Made by a program: the position numbers and the translations under genes. A stretch of DNA of 64,000 bases, from positions 372,001 through 436,000 of the forward strand of contig OZ251240.1 of NCBI GenBank assembly GCA_965240325.2, written 5' to 3'. This document shows positions 53,987 to 64,000 of this stretch, piece by piece. The notes under the pieces were generated by a model that was not told the origin of the DNA, did not search any database, and saw only the letters and a program-made list of their open reading frames with translations. This DNA comes from Rebecca billardiae RCC1528 (lineage: Eukaryota > Protista > Haptophyta). Numbering within the stretch: position 1 is the first letter of the stretch; every line of letters begins with the position of its first letter.

Positions 53987-54880
53987 GGCTTGTCCCCTAC
54001 ACCCCTGGCTCGGGGGGACGGCTGCCGTGGCGGCGGTGGGTGCGTGCTCGCCGAGCGTCCTAGCGGTCGATTGCGGGGCGTTCCGTGGCGGCACGCTGGG
54101 CGGGGCGGGCCCCAAGACGCAGGGGAACGTCGACAAAGCAGCCCGCTGATGTCTCTCCGCGCTCGTCGCCCTTGCGGTTGGCGCGCGCAACCACTTGCGG
54201 GCTTGAGCTTGTGCCGAGCGGTCACTTCCTGCCAGCCGATTCGACATGTGGGGAGCCTGGGCGCGATTAGATGGCTCGGGAAGGTGGGGGTATGTATCCA
54301 CAATGTATACGTACACGCCCGCTGGACTTCCGACCCCGCACGCCGCCTGACAGAGGTCACGTTAGGCACGCGCCGCGCTCTCGCTTTTCAAACGGTGTGT
54401 GCCGCGCGACATTTCCAGAGTCACGGATCACTGATCGAGCTGCTTTTCTGGTCGCCCATAGCACATATTAGCCTACCCGACTAGCCCCATGCGTGACGGC
54501 CGGGTCTTGAGTGCTATGGCGCCACTCGTAGCAGCTTCTTGCACGCTAGGCACTGCCACAAGCGCCGCGAGCCAGCTTCGTGAGCATTTGAACGCAGACA
54601 CAAGGTGCCGAGGCAGTCTTCAGGGCGTGGCAATGGCATGGGAGTCAGCGTCTGGTGTTGTACACGCAATGCGACGGCGCGCACACGCGCGACTACGTGC
54701 CACAAGGCCGGTGATACCCGCGAGCCGCCACGCTCACGCGCCCGTCGCTCCTCCAGCCGCCGCTTGGCGAGTTGGCGACGTCGCCCGGACTCAGCGTCGA
54801 CACTGGTCGCGGCCTCCCGGACCCCCAGGGGGGGGGGGGGGGACCTGGATTTACCCGTCCAGGGGTTTAGGAGATAAGCC
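53987..54880. mobile_element. Non-autonomous TIR element (PIF/Harbinger-like MITE, ~0.9 kb)
   Basis: TIR GGCTTGTCCCCTACACCCCTGG versus reverse complement GGCTTATCTCCTAAACCCCTGG (19/22 identical); CCA on both flanks as a 3-bp TSD. Confidence 0.7.
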
Positions 54881-54911
54881 CCAGGTCTTTCCATCGGCCA
54901 CGAAACCCACG

Positions 54912-55328
54912 ATGGCGGCGGCTGACGGCGCACTCGACGACATCCTCGCCGAGGAGCTCGACGTGCTCGAGCCCAAACCGAGCTCCCCTGCGTCTCTGCA
55001 GACGCTGTGCATCGAACAGATTGCGCGCGACGTGCGGTACTACTCCGCCATGCCGCTGCCCTCGGAGTGGCACGACAAGCTGTACCGGATGCTCGCGAGC
55101 TCTGGCCGGCTCACACCGGACGGCCTGCTGCCACTGCTGAGGTCGAGGGCGCACGGCGAGGCCCTCGGGAGCGAGCTGGGCGAGGGCATGAGCCAGCTGG
55201 CGCTCGGTAGCGTGGGCCTGCGCGCCCTCGCCGCGGCGCGCCTCACGCACCTGCACAGACCAGCGCACCAGCGTTTTGCTCCCGCCGCTCCGTTCAGCAC
55301 GACCAAGCCAGAGCTCTACTGCGAGTGA
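54912..55328 (+). CDS. Small protein (138 aa) with a BC-box-like motif
   Basis: PASLQTLCIEQIAR...LPSEWHDKLYRML resembles an Elongin-BC box; host-like codon usage starts at ATG 54912. Confidence 0.55.
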   Translation: MAAADGALDDILAEELDVLEPKPSSPASLQTLCIEQIARDVRYYSAMPLPSEWHDKLYRMLASSGRLTPDGLLPLLRSRAHGEALGSELGEGMSQLALGSVGLRALAAARLTHLHRPAHQRFAPAAPFSTTKPELYCE

Positions 55329-55819
55329 CGAGCTCAGCTACCAGGCACGCACGTTCACATTGGCGTTTCTCGTCGTCACGCCGGCGCGACCAGGCGAGCA
55401 GCCTCAGGTATGCCACGAGGTGGCAGAGCCCCAGCGCCCGGCGGCCTTTGCATCAGATCACGGGTCACCCGTTCATGCTGCTGATGACGGCTCCCCACAT
55501 TGGTCTGTCGCATGCGGGCCGGCAGCCCGGGACCGCGGGCGCCGCCGGGCGCGGGTCCGGCAGGCCGCCCGGCCCGCCGGGTCCGGATCTAATCGCGCGC
55601 GGTGCGGACGATATCGAATATCAGCTGCGTGATGCTGAGTCTCAGAGGCGTCACGAGTACTCTGACACCAGTAGTCAGTACGCGGGGCGCAATCAACTCA
55701 TCTATCAAGTACAGCAGCTCCTAAGATGATCTTTCGATAAATAATTAAGATGATGGCTGCTATAAGATCGTAACTCAATATGATAGCAGAGACCAGACGA
55801 GTGATACTGATAGGCTTAC

Positions 55820-55836
55820 ATATATATATATAATTC

Positions 55837-55896
<60 letters not shown>
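55820..55896. repeat. (TA)n microsatellite, interrupted
   Basis: Seen directly. Confidence 0.95.
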
Positions 55897-55899
<3 letters not shown>

Positions 55900-56345
55900 G
55901 CTTCCTATCAGTGCTGACGACCATGTGCACTCGGTAGCGCTATACTAACTCCCTGATGGTACCGGACAGGCGGACTGCAGAGTGCAGCACAGTGAGCTGT
56001 CGTACTCGAATAACGGAATAACCTGCCGCTGGGCGCTGTCGGCTGGCCAACGGCAACGGTCGAATGACCGAGCAACGCCGGCTGCGATCCGTATTCCGTC
56101 GCACACGCAGCCGCAGCAGGCATGATGTGACTCTGTGTGCGCCTAGGCGAGAGCGCAACTCTCCGGTGCTGCCCGCGTGCGCGGTCGCCTCCCCCCCTCC
56201 GGCGCACTCGCCCCATCGGCGCGCCTCGCCGAGCAGCCGAGTGCGCGCGCCGCGCGCTGCCCGCGAGTGGCGCGCGGCCGCGCGCGCAGCCGGCGCAGCG
56301 TCGGCGCGCCCTCTCGTGCGCGCCGTGCGCAGCGGCGCGCGGCGC

Positions 56346-59300
56346 TCACATGTCGGCCGGGCCGTGCTCGTGCTCGGCGCCGAGCAGCGCCTCGCCCTGG
56401 GCGGCGGGCGCGGCGCGGCGCGCGCGCACGCGCGAGAGCGCCTCCGGGCCGTAGCGGCCGGCGGCGACGAGCGCGGCGCCGAGCACGGTGCCGACGAGCC
56501 CGGCCGCGACGACGACAACCTTGGTGCCCACCGCCTGCGGCAGCTGCTCCGCGCCGCCCGACGCGGACGCGGCGAATTTCTGCGCGAGCAGCGCGAGGTT
56601 GTAGTGCTGCAGCGGCGCGATGGTCGGCGGCCATGGCGGGTACGGCGGCGGCGGCGGCGAGAGCGGCGCGGACGGCGGCGGCGGCGGCGCGATGGGAGGG
56701 AGCGGCGGCGCGAGCGGCGGCGAGGGCGGCGGCTTGTCGGCCTTGTGCGAGCCGGGCGAGGCGGGCGGCGGCGGCGGCGAGGTGGGCGGCGGCGGCGAGA
56801 AGGGCGGCATCGACGGCTCCTCCAGCCCGTACGGCGAGGCGGCGCACTCGAGGTGGCGCGGCCACTCGATCGGCTTGGTGCGGTTGTGGTGCATCTGCGG
56901 CCGCGACGCAATCCACGCGAGCACCGCCGCGCGCGAGTTGCCGTTGCCCGCCGGGATCTCGCCCGAGAAGACGTGGTCGGGCAGCGCCAGCGCCTGCTTC
57001 CACGCCTGCGCAGGCGTGTGTGTGCGTGTGCGAGTGCGCCGGGCGCGCGCGCGCGCGCGCGGAGGCGGGGAGCGGGCGTGAGGCGGCGCGGCGGCGGTAC
57101 AGCGCGCCGAGGGGGCGGCGCGCGGGGCGGGGCTGGCCTCGCGCGAGCGCGCGCCCCGCGCACGGCACGGCACGGCACGGCACGGCACGGCACGGCTGTC
57201 GGCGCGCGGCCAGCGCACCGACGACGGGTCGAGCACCGCGAGCTGCATCACGAAGAGGGAGACCCAGCCGTCGAGCGTGCACTGCGGCGAGAGCGCGCAG
57301 TCGCGCGAGCCCAGCTTGTACGACTCGGCGGTCCACTTGGGCTGGTTGTAGAACTCGGAGGGCGGCATGAAGGGCATCATCTGGATGCCGTGCACCATGT
57401 ATGGTGCGGAGCCAAACCACGTCTGGTACTGCGCGAGGTTCTGCCACAGGATGCCCATCAGCTGCGAGCGCGCGCGGTGTGCGGCGCGGTGCACGGCGGC
57501 GAGGGGCGGACGGCGGAGCAGGAGGCGCCGAGGGCGGGCAAAGCGGGTGAGCGGCGTGGGCGCGCGGCGCAGGCGCGCGCTCTCGGCGCCGCGCTGCACG
57601 CCGCGCGAGAGGGGAGCGAGGGAGAAGGCCCCGCCTCCCCGCCTCCCCGCCTCTCTCTCTGGCGCGCGCGCGCGCGTGCGCGCGCGTGCGCGCGCGTGCG
57701 CGTGCGTGCGCGCACCGTCTTCTTCTTGATGATCTCGGGGTACACCTCCGAGTCCGGCCCGATCTGCCAGTAGGTCTGCGCGGCCAGCACCTCGGCCGCC
57801 AGCGTCGCGCGCCCCCAGTCTCGCATCGTCGTGTCGTTCAGCGCGTCGCCGAGCAGCTGCAGCGAGTAGTAGGCCATGATCGACTCGGAGGTGGACTCCT
57901 GGTTGCGCCCGTTGCGGTACGGCTTGCCGCCGCCGAGCGCGATCCCGCTCGCCCAGCTCCACCCCGTGTACCAGTCCTTGTGCCGCCAGACGGGGAAGAA
58001 GGGGTCCCCGCGCGAGGGGTTTGCAATGTCGCGCGCGTACAGCTTGAGCGTCTCCTTGTGCTTGGCGCCCCACGCCGGGTCGAGGTGCGCGGCGACGGCC
58101 GCGGCGTGCATGTGGTAGCCCCAGTGGAAGTGGTGGTCGTTGTAGTACGCGTTGCCAAAGTCCATCCCCGGGTCCTTGAACGTGGGGCAGTCCTCGGGCG
58201 GGCCTGTGTTCTTGCAGTAGGCCTGCGACGGCTCGCAGTGGCACTGGTCGGCGGGCAGCACGTTCGGGTTGCACCCGGCCGGCACGCAGTCGTCGTACAG
58301 GCAGCCGCACGAGATGTAGCCGCCCCACGAGGCGTCGTACACGAAGCGGTTCTTGCCCTGCCCGCTCGCCCACATCTCCACGTGCGCGGCGAGCTTCTTG
58401 CCCAGCTCGGCCGCCACCGCCTTCTCGCCGAGCTCCTCCGCAATCAGTGCGAGCTGGCCGATGCGAGACATCATCTTGCCTGGGGGAGGAGGGGGGAGGA
58501 GGGGGGGCGCAGGGGCGGGAGGGGCGGCGAGGGCGTGAGGGCGTCGCCGCCGGCACGCGCCGCGCCGCGGCCGGCGCCTCGCGGGCGCGTGCTCGCTCGC
58601 CCCTGCCGCCCCTGCCGCCCCGCCCCTGCCGCCCCGCCCCGCCCCGCCCCGCCGCAGCGGCGCAGCGCGCACCGGCGTTGTAGGGGTCGCCCGCGCCGAT
58701 GCGGTAGTTGAGCGGCACGTCCCACTCGGCCTCCTCGAGCACGGCCTGGCGCAGCCGCGAGACGTAGGTGGAGGCGAAGCCGTGGACCGAGTGCCACGAG
58801 ACGGGCAGCAGCGCGTACGGCAGCAGCCACTCGTCCCCCAGCACCAGGCTCAGGTTGCCGTTCAGGTTGCGGTGGATCACGTCCGTGTGGTGCAGCGTCG
58901 AGCCCCAGCGGTCGCACAGCCCCAGCTTGCGGTGGTGCTCCATGGCGACCATCGCGATGGGCGCGCGGCCGGGGGGCGGCTTGCCGTAGATGTCCTCGTG
59001 CTCGGGGTACGGCATCGAGCGCGTCTCCCACTCGATCCGCACCACCGAGTCGTTGCCCGCGCGCGTGAGCGACACCTTGGCGCCCACGGGGTAGGTGCCG
59101 TGCGTGTCGTCGAGAACCTTCTCAAAGCGCGCGGGCGCGGGGTCGGCGGGCGGCTTCTTCTCGCAGTGGAAGGCGGAGCGGCCGTAGGTGCAGTTGTTCG
59201 TGACGGCGGCGCGCACCACGCCCGTCATCTTGTGCTTCGCGCGCAGCAGCGGGCCCTCCGACTGCGTGCGCGCGCGCGGCGTGCGGCGGCGGCGGCGGGC

Positions 59301-60124
59301 GCGGCGCGCGCGTGAGCGCGCGAGCGCGTGCGCGCTCGCGCGCGCGCGCGCGGCGACGCGGCGCGGCGACGCGGCGCGGGGGGGCGCACCTGGCAGGCGA
59401 CGGCGAGCCTGTGCGACGACCAGATCGTCCACGTCTCGTCCGACTGCACGAGCACCACGTCGAAGCGGCTGCCCTCGAAGGAGCCCGGGCACTTGACCTC
59501 CTCCCCGTCCACCCACACGCCGTGCTGCGGGTCGACCATCTGCGGCGTGTCGAAGACGGGCGTGGCGTCGCGGTACTCCATGGTGAGGTAGGGCGAGCCG
59601 CGCACGATCGGCATGCGCGCGTTCGCCGAGCCCTTCCCCGCCTTCGCGTCCCACTCCAGCGTCACGCTGAGCGCGTCGTGGTTGATCACGCGGTGGCCGA
59701 CCGCAACGTCGGCCGCGCCGAGCGTGACAAAGTTGATGTTGGAGTCGAAGCCGTTCTCGATCTGGTTGGCCTGGGCGAGGACGAACGGGATGGCCGCCGA
59801 CATCCCGCGCTGCGCGGGCCACATCACGAACGGGATCTGGAAGCCGTTCCCGTCCTCCATCTCGGTGGGGCCGCGGCCGAGCACAAAGTTGGTCCACCAC
59901 GCGTTCGTCGGCCGCGCGAACGAGCCGGCGCTGTCGAGGTCGCCGTCGTGCTGGTACCAGCGCTCCTCGAAGGGCGCGATCTCGGGCGAGCGCGTGATCG
60001 CCTCGATGCCCAGGTCGCGCGGGTCCACCGAGGAGTAGGGGACCGCGCGCGCGCCGCGCGGCGCCGAGGTGAGGAGCGCGAGGCCGAGGCCGAGAACGGC
60101 GCTGCCGGTGGTGGCGAAGCGCAT
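56346..60124 (-). CDS. GH81 endo-1,3-beta-glucanase, secreted and membrane-anchored; 5 exons (introns ~59389-59262, 58672-58480, 57715-57462, 57218-57006)
   Basis: Signal peptide; PTNAWWTN; PIVRGSPYLT; DFGNAYYNDHHFHWGY; RHKDWYTGWSWASG; GRNQESTSE catalytic motif; HGIQMMPF; Pro-rich stalk and C-terminal TM. Confidence 0.92.
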
Positions 60125-61799
60125 GGCGACGGCTGGGTGGGCGCGCTCGGGCGTCGCGGGCGGGCTGGACAAGCCGCAGGCGCGAGCGGAGGCTCCGCTG
60201 TGCGGCGCGTGCGACGACCGACGGGCCGGTCCTGCACGGGGCGACTTGCTCGCGGGGCTGCCGATCGGCCGACGAAGTCCTGCGCCTCGCGGCCGTGGGC
60301 GTGGCGCGCGGCTGCGCCCGCTTTGCGGAAGGAACACGCCGGAGCAGAGAGGGAACCCGGAACAGGTTTTCTGCGAGTGGCTGGCGCGCGCGCAGGCCAA
60401 CATCGGATCTGATTGGCTGCGTGCGGAGAGACGGGCCCGTTCGTTCTCTGTCGCAACCGGGATGCAAACCGGTTCGCCGCGGCTCAGATCGAGTGGACGG
60501 GTCGCACAACCCGACGGAACCCACTTATTCGCGCCTTCGAGCGAGGCGGGCGGTCTGAATACTCTTTGATGCGCGCGAAAAGGCTCCGGACCGACGACCT
60601 GGCCTTGGCACGGACCGAGGGGGGAGAGTGCAACGATGGCACCCGTGCGCCATCCAGCTGTCCGGCGCTGCAGGGCAAGTCGAGGTCATCAGAGAGGATG
60701 GCGACTAGACAATGCTCAGGCGTCAGGTAGACAGCAGCTTCGAGTTTCTACGTCAGGTCTGGCGCGTCGGTGCTCATGGCGGGGCACCGCCGCCAGGCCT
60801 GGTAGCGCGGGCTGCAGCGCTCGGAGGCCGCAGGGATTGTAGCGGAGACCGCACGGTGGTCTTAAGGGCGCACAACTTCGGTCACGGGACATTCCAGGGT
60901 TGCACGTCTGTGTCGTTCGACTAGGCTCTCCTCGCACACGGACTGCGCGACATATGCGATCCGCCTGGTGCGATCCGATCCGCTACGTGCGAACCGTCAC
61001 GGCGGCGAAGCAAGGCACGCCAGCTGGTGCCAGGCAATCCCCGCCATATGGGCGCGGCGGTATTTACGCAATAGGCGCCGAGGTTGGCCGCCGGGAAGCA
61101 GCCGGGGCCGCACGACGCCGCCGCCGCCAGTGGCCACCCGCCCATATGGCAATGACGCCATGACGGTTCCGACGCTCACCCAGCCATTGAACTCAGCCCG
61201 GTGACGGGCCCGAGGCCGACGACTCGACGAGTCCGGTCTCCGGAGTTGAGCGGTAGACCTGCTAAGTGCGATTATCTAGATGATATATATATCGATGATG
61301 GACGATGTGCTGATAGCTAGACGACTACGAAGACAGTATAGTACGATAATATCGCGGCCCGCGCAGCATCACGGACCAGACCGATGGTCTGCGACGACTG
61401 CCGGTCAGTAGACAGTACACGGTCAGTGTCACGGCCCGAGCCGCGACCGTGACGTGAGTCGGACGCGCGCCTTCGTCTTCGGAGTGACTCGGAGAGTTAA
61501 ATTTTCAGTTCATCGGTCACCACTGTTCGGCGCCATCATATCATCACTTCGTTCGCCTGCTTATTCGGTAGTCCCTTCCGGCCTTCGGACGCGGGCGGCC
61601 CGGCTGCTGAGTCTCATCAGTCGGACGGCGACCGGGCTCACGCCGCTCACGCCGGCGCGCACCGAGCATTCGTCGGCCGACTATGGCAGCAGCAGCCGTC
61701 GCGCAGCACCGGGGAGCCGCAGTGCCGTCAGCGTCCTCGGCGTTACGTCCGATTCCGAGAGCCGGGCACTCGTCAGGCGGCCACTCGTGCACTCGGCTG

Positions 61800-64000
61800 C
61801 TACGCCGATGCGCCTCCGCCGCGCGCAGCCCGCGCCGCGCGCAGCTCCTCGGGCAGCTCGACGGCCGCGCGCGCGAGCGCGCGCTGCAGCGCCGGCGGCA
61901 GGTCGGCGGCCGGCTCAGCCTTGGCCATCGCGGCCAGCCACGCGGCGAGGGGCTCGCGGAGGCCGAGCCGCGCGGCCGCGCGCGCCGCCGCGTGCCCCAG
62001 CGCGGTGCACGCGCCCTCGCCCGCGCCCGCCGCGGCCGGCTCCGCGCCGGGCGGCGGGCAGAGCACGGCCAGCACGCGCCGGTGCACGTACGCCGCCGTC
62101 TTCTCAGAGAGCGCGAGCCTGCCGGCGAAGAGCTCGCAGAAGGCGAACTGGGCGGCGTGGGCGCGCGCGGCGGCGAGGGGCGGCGGCGCGAGCGCGTACG
62201 CGGCGCAGCCCGCGCCGCCCTCGGCCGCGCCCGGCCGCACGGACGGCGCCTCCGCGCCCAGCGGCAACAGCAGCCTCTTAAAGATCCGGTTGAAGGCCCA
62301 CTTCTTGCCGCCGCGGCAGCCGAGCAGCTGCAGCCCGAGCAGCGCGCACGAGCCGCGCGCCGAGAGCAGCGCGGACGGCGCTGCGCTGCGCGGCGCGGGG
62401 CGCTCGGGCGCGCCGCCGGGTGGCGCGCACGCCGGGGCGGACTCGGCTGGCGGCTCGGCCGGCTCGGCCTCGGGCGCGGCAGCGCACGGCCGCCACACGT
62501 CGGCGAGGAGCTCGGCGCAGAGCCGTGCTGCCGCGGCCTCGCGCGCCGCGTCCGCGCGCTCGCTCAGCGTGCTTGGCACCGCGCCCGTGCCGGCCGCGCC
62601 CGCGCCGGCCGGCGGCGTCGGCGGCGGCGACGCGAGCGCCGCCACCGCGCTGCGCGCGTGCTGCGTGCCCGGCGCGCCCGTGCCGGCTGCAAGCGCCCAG
62701 CCTGCGCACGCGCCCAGCAGCCCGAGGCCCACCGCCTCCGCGTCTGCGAGCTCGCGCGCGCGCGCGGCGCCCTCGCGCGCCGACGCGCAGGGGCCCGCGC
62801 CGCCGCCGCCGCCGCCGCCGAGCTCGGCGGCCCGCGCCGCCCACACGGCCGCCTCCTCCACCGCCGCGCACGCGAGCGCGGGCGCGAAGAGAGGCGCTGC
62901 GGCCGCGCGCATCGCCGCCGGGTAGCCGAGCGCGAGCGCGCCGAGCAGAAGCGCCTCGACGCGCGGCCGGTGCCTCGCGAGGTCGTATGCGAGCACGCGC
63001 ACGCGCTGCGCGCTGAGCAGCGCGGCGCGCGGCGGCGCGCCGCCGGGCTCGGCCGCGCCGGCCGCGTCCGCGCCGGCCGCGGCCGCGTCGGCGGCGTCGG
63101 CGGCGTCGGCGGCTGCGCCCACGCCCGCGCGGCAGAGGCGCGCGTACAGCAGGCAGCGCGCCGCGTCCGCGCCGGCCGTCGGCGCCGACGGCCGCTCGGC
63201 GGCGCCGTCGGCGTCGGCGTCGGCGTCCACGCCCCCGCCCGCGCCGCCGCCCGGCGCGTGCGCCGTCGGCGCCGCGTGCGCGCGCGAGCACAGACGCGCG
63301 TGCGCCACCGCCAGCCACGCGCCCACCGCGTCCGCGCCGAGACGCAGCGTGACGCGCTCCAGGGTGGCGAGGGAGCCGCTGCCGTCGGGCGCGCCCAGCA
63401 TGCGCGCGCACGCGACGCCGCTCGAGCGCCCGAGCGCGCTCGCGCACACCGCGCCGTCGATCTCCTCGGCGAGCGCGCGCGCGCTCGGCGCGCCCGCACC
63501 GTGCGCGCGCGGCAAGCGGATGCGGCCGAGCACGCGGCCGAGCGAGGGCGCTGCGCGGGCCGAGCCGCCGCGCGCAGGGCCCGCAGCGGCGCCGGGCGCC
63601 GGCTCCGTCTCCGCCGCGCGCGAGAGCGCCGCCACGGCCGCGCCGACGGTCAGAGGCGCGGGCGCCGCCGCTGCGCCCGGCTGCGCGCCCGGCGCACGGC
63701 GCGGCGGCGCGAGGGCGGCCGAGGCGCGGCCCGCAGCCGGCGCGGGCGCACGCGCCACGCCGAGAGCGGGGCGCGCGCCGGCCGGCCGCTCGGCCTCGGC
63801 CGCGCTCTCGGCCACGCCTGCGCCACCGGCCCAGCCGCCCGCCCCGCCGCCCTCCGTGCCGCCGCCGCACTCGTTCAGATCCCCCTCCTCCTCCCCCTCC
63901 TCCTCCTCGCCCCTCCCCTGCCACGCGCGCTGCTGCCGCGCGCCAGACGCGCGCTGCTGCCGCCGCCACCCGGCCGGGCCGGCTGCGGCGCCGCCGCCCT
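61800..64000 (-). CDS. Ala/Gly-rich hypothetical protein, 3' portion (runs off the window)
   Basis: Long open frame with host-like codon usage and helical segments (KKWAFNRIFKRLLLP). No family recognised. Confidence 0.55.
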   Translation of the reverse strand, partial: GGGAAAGPAGWRRQQRASGARQQRAWQGRGEEEEGEEEGDLNECGGGTEGGGAGGWAGGAGVAESAAEAERPAGARPALGVARAPAPAAGRASAALAPPRRAPGAQPGAAAAPAPLTVGAAVAALSRAAETEPAPGAAAGPARGGSARAAPSLGRVLGRIRLPRAHGAGAPSARALAEEIDGAVCASALGRSSGVACARMLGAPDGSGSLATLERVTLRLGADAVGAWLAVAHARLCSRAHAAPTAHAPGGGAGGGVDADADADGAAERPSAPTAGADAARCLLYARLCRAGVGAAADAADAADAAAAGADAAGAAEPGGAPPRAALLSAQRVRVLAYDLARHRPRVEALLLGALALGYPAAMRAAAAPLFAPALACAAVEEAAVWAARAAELGGGGGGGAGPCASAREGAARARELADAEAVGLGLLGACAGWALAAGTGAPGTQHARSAVAALASPPPTPPAGAGAAGTGAVPSTLSERADAAREAAAARLCAELLADVWRPCAAAPEAEPAEPPAESAPACAPPGGAPERPAPRSAAPSALLSARGSCALLGLQLLGCRGGKKWAFNRIFKRLLLPLGAEAPSVRPGAAEGGAGCAAYALAPPPLAAARAHAAQFAFCELFAGRLALSEKTAAYVHRRVLAVLCPPPGAEPAAAGAGEGACTALGHAAARAAARLGLREPLAAWLAAMAKAEPAADLPPALQRALARAAVELPEELRAARAARGGGASA

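Noticed and set aside
54489-54911. N-terminal extension of the 279-aa ORF
   Set aside because: Lies almost entirely inside the MITE; host-like coding starts at ATG 54912.

Overview
Very GC-rich, gene-dense eukaryotic genomic DNA. The short GC-rich GTRCG...CAG introns and signal-plus-transit-like leaders suggest an alga with a complex plastid, possibly a haptophyte; this is inference only. About 16 host genes are supported: a mucolipin-like channel, a Tweety/prominin-like membrane protein, an SLC10/BASS4 transporter, nitronate monooxygenase, an MscS channel, a P4H-type 2OG oxygenase-PHD-tandem-Tudor protein, MIF/tautomerase, a METTL21-like methyltransferase, a MYND protein, a TKL kinase, a VTT/DedA membrane protein, a TPR protein, a TBC Rab-GAP, a BC-box protein, a GH81 beta-1,3-glucanase and hypotheticals. 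Mobile DNA is interspersed: an intact tyrosine-recombinase (DIRS-order) retrotransposon with identical 359-bp direct repeats (1453-7191); a non-autonomous split-direct-repeat (PAT/Ngaro/TOC1-like) element filled with tandem repeats (44690-49638); two MITEs; and a foldback inverted repeat. The most unusual region is about 23.9-29.3 kb. It holds a lone, intronless, catalytically intact-looking primase-polymerase (AEP plus zinc finger, viral-type motifs) between ~300-bp inverted repeats. It also carries 14 iteron-like modules of 4x TGTTAC and GC stem-loops at its edge. I read this as a candidate novel self-priming mobile element or mini-replicon. All family assignments come from motif recognition by eye; no database search was run.
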